A stretch of DNA of 64,000 nt from Catajapyx aquilonaris (taxonomy: Eukaryota): positions 124,001 to 188,000 of the forward strand of contig JYFJ02000077.1 in assembly GCA_000934665.2 (NCBI GenBank), written 5' to 3'. How positions within the stretch are numbered: position 1 is the first letter of the stretch; each line of letters begins with the position of its first letter. Shown one piece after another: positions 53,621 through 64,000 of this stretch. The position numbers and the translations under genes are program-made. The notes under the pieces were generated by a model. That model had not been told where the DNA came from, ran no database searches, and saw only the letters and a list, made by a program, of their open reading frames with translations.

Positions 53621-55274
53621 GGCCCTTGATTAAGGCTGGTGTAGCGGCAGGGATCAGTGACAACTGCAATGCGATCATTAAGCACCCTCTGTGTAGCAAA
53701 CTAGCTGGGCATGTAGAGTTTAGGTCATGAGTGGATTGTTTGTTTATTGCTGCCCGGTGATGGCAGTGTGCATGAGTACACAGTAATTCTCTGCAACTAT
53801 GAAGAAGCTGATTAGGTTTGGGTCAAGGTCATTCACATAGCTTGCTTTTCATTACATGTAGAGGTGTCAGCCTGGATTATTGATAAATGATATTGACTTC
53901 TTGTGTCACTTGCACATATTCCTGCAAAGTGTTGCAGGTGCTATAATTATGTTAATGTATTTTATGTCATAACTTGTGTATAGTGCACTTTCTCATTAAT
54001 GTGAAATGATTTTTTTCTGATGGTAAATTCAGATGGATGACTTGCAGAGGCTACTGAATGTAGCTGCCATGTTTTGTAGGTTATTCATCTCTTTTGAACA
54101 CTCAGTGTGATAAGCCTTTCTTAGATCTTGTTTATAATTATTATAAAACGAGTGGAGCAATGCAGTAGTTTTATTTTTCATTTTATTTAGTGAACCCTGT
54201 TGCAGTAGTTTCTGATAAATTTAAATTTTGCGTTCATTGATGGCCGAGATAGTGATGCCTGTGCCTAATAGATTATTTTATGGTGAAAGCTTTATAACTT
54301 TGTTTTGTCAATATACAGTATAGACAAAAGTTAGTCTACCTCTTGTCAATAGTAATTTCTGAATCAAGTTGTTGCAGTGCCCTGAGCTGTATGATTTTCA
54401 AACTATCAGAAAGAAAAGTAATTGTGTCAATTTGTGGCACCCATGTAGCAGAATTGTTTAGTTCTGCAAACATTTTTCATAATAAACAAGTGCGTTGTGT
54501 AGGGCAATACCAAAATAGGGGCTAGCATTTAAGGTGCACATTATCATACCTCCAAACTGGTGCTCCAGAGTCTGTAATTTGACATAATTTCAATATTTGC
54601 TGTTTTTTGGTTGTCCAAGTATAGTGAATAGGATTAGGGGACAGAAGTGGCAAACAAACAATTTTGGACAGACTGGGAGATTTTTGAGAAGGAAAGTGAG
54701 GACTAGGGAGTGTATGACCTTCGTCTTCTACCAAGTCTTCTACTCAAGTATACAGTATAATGACAAAAGCGTCATCTTCCATGACTACTGTAGCTTCCTC
54801 ATTCTGGCAGTGACCTTCATTCTACAAATATTATCAAGTCATGTGTTGTTTCAATGTGAATTTGTGACCTGCTGCTACCTTCACACCTGTGGGGGTGATC
54901 TTACATTGCCTGTGCACTGCTTCTGCCCATTTTGTTTCACTTGCATTTTGGTGAATTTGTGAAATTGTCTTAATGCACTGTGCAGGAGCTTTTCTTAATC
55001 CTTTTCCAGTACTTGGGTTTCTGTTTTTGAAACAATTTGTGACAGCCTACAAAGGTTAATAAAAGTAGTATTTATTTACAATGGCATTGATATTATCAGT
55101 CTTCTTTTCTCTATCTGGTTAATATTTTCACTATTATTTTTAAGCATCTCATCTGGAATGACTTGATATGTTTACCAATTGCATGTCAGGTGGTAATGAC
55201 CTCAATATGATGCAGAAATTTAAAGCATAAGTGTTGAATACCCGTTGTGTTATATTTATGAGTTATAACGAATA

Positions 55275-56447
55275 CAGGAAGCACCTGTTTTACGCCAGTA
55301 ATAGGTTCCAGCAACATGGCAGTGTTAAATGAATCGGTGTAAAACAAGACATAATTATTATGTAAGGAAATGAGTTAGATTCCAAATTTCCCCATAGACG
55401 GTACTAATATTTCTATTTTTAATGCTGAATATTTGAAACCTTTATTACACGCATTTAATGGGAGGTTCCAGGTTGAGGGTCATCAGGTTCAGAGGGTTCC
55501 TTTCCCTTCATTGGCAAGAACTGCAGTACATGTAGTGCATTGTAACAACGGGTGGAGCACTTCTGGGAGGGCAGAGACCAATAACTCAGTACTGTATATA
55601 CAGGGTGAAGGGAAACTTGCGTCCAGTCGCCAGGTAGACTGATAGTACTTGCAAATCTAATATAGGGATGTGCAATTAGTTTCGGACACCATAGTGTAGT
55701 TAATGCATACGGCACCTTCAAAGTTTCATGACGTCACATCCGCGCCGCCAGTTTCAAAGAAGCAAAAGCCAGCTCAAGGGCCTCTGAATAATCCGGCCTT
55801 GGTCCCCTAACGCATCGTCCATGTGCAATAGGTGATCAAAACCCGCCAGCGTAAGAATCTGGGGCGACACCCGTGCACTTTGTTGACGTTACCTCATATT
55901 TTACCATCCGGCCCTCTACACTTTAAAGGCGCCGTACGCAGTAACTACCCACCAGCTCCCAAAACTAATTGCACTTCCCTATATTAGTTTTGCGAGTACT
56001 ATCAGGCTACCTGGCGATTGGGCGCGAGTTTCCCTTCACCCTGAATGTTACCAGCCATGTGTGCAATGCAGGCATTCTGTAGAATGCCTAGCTTTTATAG
56101 GCAAAGTACGAAGTGTCTGTGTTATTATATTACTACTGCTATAGAATGAAGCACATGGTTAGGGGCACAACGAGATGCAAAAAAATAACTGCTATCGGGT
56201 GATGTCAGTTATCAAAAAGTCACCCGCGAATCTGGAACACCCTGGCATATAGCTATAAACCCTGCTACAATGCACAACCAAAAATAAAATAAGTGCCTGC
56301 ACTGTAGTGTGTTTGTACTCATTAGTGCTGCAGCAATGTGTTTCTGTGCAGATTGTTTTGTTATTTTGACATTTTAAAACGGGAATATAAAACCGCCATT
56401 AATGTGAAATGGCATAAAATGAAGTGGTATAAAACGGGTACTTCCTG
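55275..56447. mobile_element. pogo/Tigger-like MITE hosting a nested MITE
   Basis: TA|CAGGAAGCACCTGTTTTA ... TAAAACGGGTACTTCCTG|TA terminal inverted repeats with TA flanks. Confidence 0.7.
55601..56043. mobile_element. Tc1/mariner-type MITE with ~125-bp TIRs, nested in 55275-56447
   Basis: TA|CAGGGTGAAGGGAAACTTGCGTCCAGTCGCCAGGTAG...; the right end ...CTACCTGGCGATTGGGCGCGAGTTTCCCTTCACCCTG is its reverse complement. Confidence 0.85.
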
Positions 56448-57902
56448 TATATGTTAGGGTGCTTACATGATGTTTGCACGTATCACTTGGGGCATGTTTG
56501 GATGAAGGTGGCAATGTGAGATGTTCCAACAGGAATAATAATTGATGTAGTGATTCGCAACGTTCCCTTCTGGAGGCTACTAGGATACTCGCAGGAGGAC
56601 AAATGTTTCATAATTTTCTGGCCAAAAGGTGAATGATATGTAGGCTGTTTTATTATGACCAGTGATTTTCACATGTAATGTGCAGTTATTTGCCAACTGT
56701 ATGTCATTTCTGATTTGGAAACTAATACTCATGTATGGTCCACTCACATATACCTTGTGAAAAGGAACAAAATATGTTTGTGGCAATACAGTATATCACT
56801 GTGTCAATAGCAGTACCAAGAAGCATGAAAGTCATTACATGGTCGAAATTGGTGAAGCAAATGCCAACATGACATGACAAACTCATCCCAACCCAATAAT
56901 TTGTTGGAGTGAGCAGATTTTAGAAATCTTCCCCAGATGTGAAACACTCTCCAGCTAAAATCCAGATTTCCAGCTGAACATTATATGCAATGTATACATG
57001 ATTTGATGTGTGTGCCCACTTGCTAAGGAGTCTTTGTGTAAAAAGACAGAATTTGGGCTGGTGAGGGGACCCCTTTGAAATTGAATCATTTCAATAAACA
57101 TCTCTCACACTGTTCCTCCTCCTGTATTAAAGCATGATGATTGGGAAAAATCTCTCATTTATGCCCCTATTTACAAAAAATATTTCTGATACTAGAGCCA
57201 AATACCAAACTTGAAGGCGATTCCACAGTGCAAATGTCAACAAAATTTTCACTGATATGAATATAAGCCCAGTTCTGAAGCACATGATATGAGTATCCTC
57301 AAAGTACTTATAAACTTGTGTATAATTTTTATTCATGTATTGATATAAAGGAAAGTATTACAACATATGAAAAGAAACATAGAGGATTGCAAAATAAGTT
57401 TCTCAGAATTGCGTACATGGCAGTCCAATTGGGTAACATGTAACAGCAAGATGACAATTTTTTGCAAGCAGGAGCACAAACATGGAAGAGAACTTTGCCT
57501 CCTAAAGTTGAATAGGACATTCAACTATCCACAAATCATGCTTGAAGTGTCATTGATTCAAAATTGCACCATGGTTTTGTGCTATAACGTTGCATTTTGA
57601 TTGAAACTGCATTTGCCATACACTATCTCGTTGTGCTTGGGGAAAAAAAAAGTATGTGTTGGGCACAAGGTTTCTCAAGCCAGACGTGATAAGATAAAAA
57701 AATCCGCCACTGCACATAGGCTGTGGCGTTGCTTATGACCACAGTGGTATCTGGCCCGTAGTAGTAGGTCAGGGCAGGGTATTTGCCTCTGGATTGCAAT
57801 GTGCGTGTGCATGCGCTGTATTTTATTTGCACGTGTCTAGTGATCCCTGCCGTTTATAACTCATCCTCCATTTTTTTTAAACAGTAATTCAATGCTTCAA
57901 AA

Positions 57903-60900
57903 ATGGGATCTAAACAACAATTTCGATTGAAGTGGAACAGCTATGGAAATAATTTGGCATCGGCATTTGGGAAGCTGTATGAGTCGGAAAGCCTCTCAGA
58001 TGTTACCCTCTTCTGTGAAGGTGAGATACACCATTTTTTCTAGAGTTACTGTAGTGATATACCTTTTAAATAATTCACCCACAGAATTTCTAGACAGTTT
58101 TATGTAACTCATGAAGGCTAATGAGCCCTAGATGTATGCCTGATACTACAATTCTTGACTTGTGTGGCAGGTGAAATATACAAGGCTCACAAGGTGGTCT
58201 TGGCAGCCTGCAGCAAACACTTCCAAGACCTTTTTGAGCGTTCACCTGTATCACAGAATATGGTTCTCATTCTGGATGGAACAGCCTCAGCAAATCTCAG
58301 GGCACTTTTACAATTTATGTACAAAGGGGAGGTCTATGTAGAGGAGAGCAACTTGAGCAGTTTCCTGCGTGTGGCAGAAACACTACAGGTTAGTTTATGG
58401 CCATTGCCAACTTTTTTCTGTTTTATTTATTTTTGTGCTGGATTAATGTCATTGTGTCAGAAATGCATGGCAGCAATGCAAAGATACTTGTACAAGAAAA
58501 AGAAAGAAAGAGAAAGAAATGTCACCAAGTTACATAATACATTAAATGAGCAGAGGACAAAATTATTAGCTACACAGTTGTGCAAGTATTTTTGTTTGTG
58601 CTGAGTATTTGTTACACAATCAAGATAAAATTTGGGTATATTTTTGCATTGCCAGGACCTGTTTGAAAGTTGCACTGTAATTTCACGCTATGATACATTT
58701 ATATTAGTAGGCTTCAAGGCACTCAGATAAGCACACTGATAAAATGAAGGACTACGAAATTCAGGCTGAATTTTTTGTTCACCAAATGAGGCAACCCATT
58801 TTTTTTGCAGGTGGAAAAAACAGGTATTCTGACTTCATTACTTTGAACAGGAGTGCAAGGTCAAGCCTATGCAATGTAACGCAGCTGCTGTGGCAAATTC
58901 TACCAACCCAAGAAAACAAAAAAAAATATATAGATTTTTTTCCCCCCCTCCAGTTAGCTGTAGATGCAAGGTCAATAGTGTATGAGCTGAAAAACTTGTT
59001 TGGTATCCTTTTGCAACAAAAATGTGAAGTATAAGAGTCACACAAAAAAAGAAAGATTTTAGCTTGAGGTGCATCATCATTCAATAAAGCAGAATCAGCA
59101 GTTGAATGAACTCAATATTGCATTTCCAATTGAGAATTACATGATTTATTGTGCAATTTGCATTGCCTTGGGCTTAAAATTGACATTATTTAAAAAACTA
59201 CTGGCAGGACCACCTACACTGCAAAGTCTTCAAGGGATAGGAGGTAGACAAAAAGAGAGAATACTACCTTTTCTGTCTTTTTAAAATCTCCATTTGTCTG
59301 TATCTATCTGCATATCTTCACATGGCCAGGGATGCACAGTTTCTTTGGGTCCTTCCAATTCAAACAAGTAATATTAATCAGGATAAAAAGTAAAGGAAAT
59401 ATGAAAAGCAGGTGGCACAGGCTGCCTGATGGAAAGTAAAAAAAATAGAAGTACAGTACGTAATTGCAAGAAAATACTCTATTACCATGTTCAGTATGGA
59501 TGATGATAGTGATAAGTGAAATCAAGACATTGCAAATAGGTCACATATTAAACTACCACTCGCCTTATCCTACTCACCTGGAAACCAGTAATTGAATATA
59601 TATTTCAGTCATGAGCTCGTTTCATGAGAGGTCTTTTAGGGTGGAATTTAGTAAGAGTCTGCTGTGTCGTACGCAACTGAATAAGAGTTAGGGTGGTATT
59701 TTCGTCCCTACTAGCTACTGCTAATTTAGCGGTACCAATACACTACACTGGTACTGCTAAGTTTGCAGTACCTAGCAGTGGAAGGAAAATTCCATACTTA
59801 ATCTTGATCACTAACTGACTTGACAGTAATTTTTGACCAGGAAAATGATAATTATTCTGAGTAATTAGTATCATGCTATGCTGTTGACTTTGGCACAACC
59901 TTTCCCTGGATCGTAAGCATATGAGGGCTGCCCAAAAAGTACCCGACCTTTATATTTTTCACTGAAACAAATGAAGTACAAGAGTGTCCTCTTGTAGGTG
60001 TGGAGTACCTTCCTGAGTATTTGTGAATTTTTTCCTGCCCCCTGAGAGAGTCAGTTGCTGGCAGTCATCCTTTGAGTGATCGAGGGTACTAGGCTATCAT
60101 CAGATTTTCATTTTCCCGCGAAAATGACGGAACAACATGAACAGCGGTATGACCCATGACTCATCACCAGTCATCACCGTGTTCAAGAAGTCGGGGTCAC
60201 TATTTGGGAGTCCAGAATGTCCTGCGAGACTTCCAGACGGAGTTGCTTCTACTCTGGCAGTCTGAAGACTCTGGACAAATTTCTCGGACACACTCCTCAA
60301 GGCCAAATTATCCCTCAAAATCAAATGCAACAGAACTAATGCTTATGTCCACCTCGTCCTCAAGTTCTTGGACTATGACACAACAGTCCTGCATGACCGA
60401 AGTCAGCACTTGGTCAATGACCTCGTCATTTTTGGCTTGTTGTGGACCTGTCGAAATGTGAGTCGCTTTCCACTGATTTTCGGCTATCTTTGAAATGGTT
60501 GTACCACTTCTGAATATGTGTGATGCCCATGGAATCATCTCCGAAAGCCTGCTGAATCTTCCGAATGGTTTCCACTTGGGTATTGCCAGGGATTAATGCA
60601 AAATTTGATGAAGCACCTCTGTCCAAGTTATGTTCCGTCATTTTCAGGGGGAAATGAAAATCCGACGGTTGCCTAATACCCTAGGTCACTCAAAGGCTGA
60701 CGGCCAGTGACTGACTCTCCTGGGGACGAGGGAAAATTTACGAATACTCAGGAAGGTACTCCACACCTGTCCACCAGAGGACACCTTCCATGCTTCATTT
60801 ATTTCCTCGAAAAAAATTACAGTCAGATACTTTTTGGACAGCCGTTGTATGTATAATGGTAATACCTTAGTGCAATTAGCCTTAGAAATTTGGCACATGG

Positions 60901-63900
60901 TTTATGTAACTAAAGGTTTCTGCAATGTCAACTTAATCCAGCTGCTTTTACCCCATCTTAGTAAGAATATTTGGATAGATATGCAAAAGTCATGGGCAGT
61001 AATAATAATATGTTTTATTGCAGGTGAAAGGCCTATCAGTGGCAGACAGCAGTATTCATGATGCGGGAAGTAGTGCATCAGAAGATAGCTATGAGAAAGA
61101 CAAGTCGTCTGGTGGCCAGTCAGTCAGTACAGAAGCAGCAGTAGCAGCAGCAGCTGCAGCTGCTGTGGCTCTGCACAAGAAGCAGCAGCAGCAACTAGCA
61201 CCTGTGTCTGGTTATTCACTCTCAGAGCCACCTGATGCAGCAGCTGCCTACTCCTTGGCTGCAGCTCAGATGACCCTGTCCCGGGCCTCCTCTGCTTCCT
61301 CATATGCCAATAATGCCCTGGTGCACAATCCGCAGTACCTGCCTCCGCAGTACAGGTCCAGTGGGGCTAACAGTGGTGGTGGTAGTAGTGGTGGTGGAGG
61401 GGGAGGGGGAGGGGGAACAGGCGGAGGAGGTGGGGCTGGAGCAGGGACAAATCCAGGGACAGCACAGGCAGCTGCCAATTACTTGTCTGCACTCAGTGAG
61501 AGGGGAAGGAAGAGACACATGGTGGCCACTGGAGGTGGCCCAACTCCGCCATTGCCTCCAGGTAATTAAATTACTTCATTTCAAGACAATTTTGTCTCTT
61601 CTGTCTAGATAAGTGTAATGTTGAGAATACACAATTTTCATAGGGTAGTAGGAAAATGTGGTTCTCCTAACTGTCCTAAGACCTGAAGTAAAGAAAATTA
61701 CGAGGGTTGTTCAATAAATTTTGCCTCCTGGTGGAATAGCCAGCAGTCACAGGGGGCTAGGTCTGGACAGTAGGGTGGGTGAGGCAGAACTGCTTCTTCT
61801 CCAATGCGGCGGTTGTCTCCCGACTTTTGTGAGGTTGAGCGTTGTCATGTTGAATGATGGCATTTCCCCCCGGACAAACTCTCAGCAGACGTGCACGCAA
61901 GTGATTCAGTGTGCACATGTGCACATGCACTTGCGTGCATGTCTGCGTAGAGTTCGTCGGGGGGAAAATTCCATCATTCAACATGACAACGCTCGACCTC
62001 ACAAAAGTCGGGAGACAACCGCCGCGTTGGAGACGAAGCAGTTCCGCGATGTTTTGCCTGACCCACCCTACAGTCCAGACCTAGCCCCCTGTGACTTCTG
62101 GCTATTCCTGAAGATGAAGGAACATCTGAAGGGCAAGAGTTTTGCGTCCGACGAAGAGGTCGCCAATGCAGTGCTTTGTTGGTGTCGTAAACAGCCAGCC
62201 TCGTTCTTCTCTGACGGCATGCAAAAACTAGTGCGTCGAAGGCGGAAGTGCATCGCCGTCGGTGGAGATGTCGAAAAATGAATTGCTCCTCGGAAAGTGG
62301 GCATTTCAAACTTTTATTTTGAATGTGACATCTTTCATGGTCATCCATTAATAAATAAGTTACAGACCAGGGGGCAAAATTTATTGAACAACCCTCGTAT
62401 GTATAGTACAGAACCTTTTATTACGAATGTTACGACTCTATATGGACAAAAAGGTTATTCTGTTTCCAACCCCTGGGTTACCAGCATGTTTTTATGGATC
62501 CTGAGGAAGGCTGGAAAAAGGCAATTAAAATCAAGAAAAAAAGAGGAAAAAAACAAGGGGAAGTAAGAAAATTTAAGGGGGGAAATTCATCTCAAATCTA
62601 CTTAAAGGGACACTCCACTCAAAATGCAAGTTGGACTCTAAAAATCGGGCAAGAAATCCTGATTCCGAGTGTATAAGCAGTTTTTCTGAGAGACGAACGG
62701 TAAGGCCAGGGCGAGCCGTCAAAGTTAGGCAATTCGAATCTGCCGCAAAACAGCAGCGCCTCTCCCGGGACTGGGCAGACATTGGCATATTCCTGCGCCA
62801 TCTTGATCCACGCCATGGTCCGCGCCATCTTTGGTCCGTCCCACAGGTTTATCCCGCCACCTCTTGACCCGACCCGACTTTCAGTATTTAAACACTTTCG
62901 CCTAGCGCCCAGTGGCGGCGCTCACGGCGGTGGCGGACTGGGCTGGCGGGGCAGCTCATTAGCAGACGACGCAAATTATGAGTCTTTAACGCCTCGTCCT
63001 GGCTTTTCTGTTCCGCGTAGAAAAAAACCGATTGCACCTTCGGAATCAGGATTTTTTGCCCGATTTTTAGAGCCCAACTTGCATTTTGAGTGGAGTGTCC
63101 CTTTAAGCATTGTACCAGGTTGAACATTTTGGTAATGAAAATTTTCGGAAAAAGTCGGGATGGGGTCATACGGGTTCCCCAGAGGTCGAGGACAAGATGT
63201 CCATAAGGTTGCGATGAAATCCGTTTGGGAATAATGTTGGATAGTCAGGATAAACATGTCGTCCATAGAGTCGTACATCATTCTTTATGAACGGGACTGT
63301 ACATATGTGTCTAACCCATAAGTCTTGAGCAGTTACCATGACCACATTAATATGTTATTGCAGGTTTGTCATTCTACAGAAATTAAGTTCAGGTACAAAC
63401 CTCAGGCACATTAATCAATGCTTGAAAAAAATTAATTGTGACCTGTTACTTATACAGTGAAACCTGTCTATAATGGACCCTTGATGCAGGGGAACTCGGG
63501 TAACAGAATTTGGTTTTGGCCTGGTGGAGGATGTTCAATACATTTTTGTCATATAAAGGGCAACCTGCATGTTTCATAAAATATTTGCTGTATGGAATGC
63601 TATAGGCTGCATTCAGTACTCTTTCAACTGCCCTTTTAAGACTTTTTGAAATTAGATATTGCCCAAATTAGTCCACTCTGCAAGACTAATTTCTGGTAAA
63701 GTGAATCAGGAGCATAATTATATTGATGGACTTTCTTCTGCAGGTGTGCACTTGGCAACCCTTCCCCCACCACCTCCGCCACAGCACCGTGTGTCACCTC
63801 ACCACTCACCAATGGATGAGGAGAAGAAGCGTGGAATGGAGTCGGAACTCATGCAAAGACTCACAACTGCAGCAGCTACTGCTGCATATGAGTCTGATGG

Positions 63901-64000
63901 GGCTGCCTTCCATGGTGGGGATGGAGGAGACAGGAAGGGGGGCAGTGGTGGTTCAGGAGGGGGCAGTGGTGGAGGAGGAGGTGGAAGTGGGAGTGCAGCG
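57903..64000 (+). CDS. chinmo: BTB/POZ (tramtrack-group) transcription factor, chinmo-like; 3' end lies outside the window
   Basis: Exons 57903-58020, 58171-58388, 61024-61561, 63744->64000, in phase. BTB domain MGSKQQFRLKWNSYGNNLASAFGKLYESESLSDVTLFCEGEIYKAHKVVLAACSKHFQDLFE...ILDGT..NLRALLQFMYKGEV...ETLQVKGLS. The LKWNS..NLA, DVTLFCEG and LAACSKHF signature is closest to Chinmo as I recall it. Zinc fingers are not in the window, so the symbol is tentative. Confidence 0.8.
59922..60847 (-). mobile_element. Rearranged mariner remnant with ~210-bp inverted ends
   Basis: TA-flanked TIRs (TGAGGGCTGCCCAAAAAGTA / TACTTTTTGGACAGCCGTTG). Frameshifted minus-strand transposase N-half: ETIRKIQQAFGDDSMGITHIQKWYNHFKDSRKSVESD, IVQELEDEVDISISSV, FLNTVMTGDESWV. 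Confidence 0.88.
61701..62397 (+). mobile_element. Mariner derivative with an internal inverted duplication of the catalytic segment
   Basis: TA|CGAGGGTTGTTCAATAAATTTTGCC ... GGCAAAATTTATTGAACAACCCTCG|TA. Transposase C-half IIQHDNARPH...PPYSPDLAPCDFWLFLKMKEHLKGKSFASDEEV...GMQKLVRRRRKCIAVGGDVEK; 61733-~61915 is an inverted copy of ~61915-62108. Confidence 0.92.
62606..63102. mobile_element. Kolobok/T2-like MITE (~500 bp)
   Basis: TTAA|AGGGACACTCCACTCAAAATGCAAGTTGG...AATCCTGATTCCGA and TCGGAATCAGGATT...CCAACTTGCATTTTGAGTGGAGTGTCCCT|TTAA: a ~60-bp near-perfect TIR with TTAA on both sides and an AGG terminus. Confidence 0.85.

Noticed and set aside
1..64000. CRISPR arrays, rRNA, operons or other prokaryotic systems
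   Set aside because: The sequence is eukaryotic with spliceosomal introns; no regularly spaced repeat-spacer array or rRNA motif was seen.

Overview
Eukaryotic, intron-containing genomic DNA. It is most likely from an arthropod (pancrustacean), inferred from the gene content; the species cannot be determined. Eight protein-coding genes could be spliced by hand using GT..AG boundaries with consistent phase: (1) the 3' end of an SLC4/Ndae1-type bicarbonate transporter (+); (2) a FAMeT-like protein with two FAMeT domains and two DM9 repeats (+); (3) a DM9-DM9-RING fusion gene (+); (4) an Sp1-4 class zinc-finger transcription factor (+); (5) Sec61beta (-); (6) a GMC/glucose-dehydrogenase-like oxidoreductase (-); (7) the Rieske Fe-S protein UQCRFS1 (-); (8) the 5' part of a chinmo-like BTB gene (+). 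Introns and intergenic DNA carry many non-autonomous mobile elements: piggyBac-, hAT-, Kolobok-, pogo- and Tc1-like MITEs, mariner remnants, a Helitron and two tRNA-derived SINEs, several nested or rearranged into fold-backs. The most unusual item is the signal-peptide-less DM9 lectin fused to a His-less RING finger, next to a probable DM9 donor gene with the same intron positions; it is a candidate glycan-sensing E3 ubiquitin ligase. Second is an intronic mariner whose catalytic segment is duplicated as a long hairpin, resembling maize Mu killer. All calls were made by eye; no database search was run.
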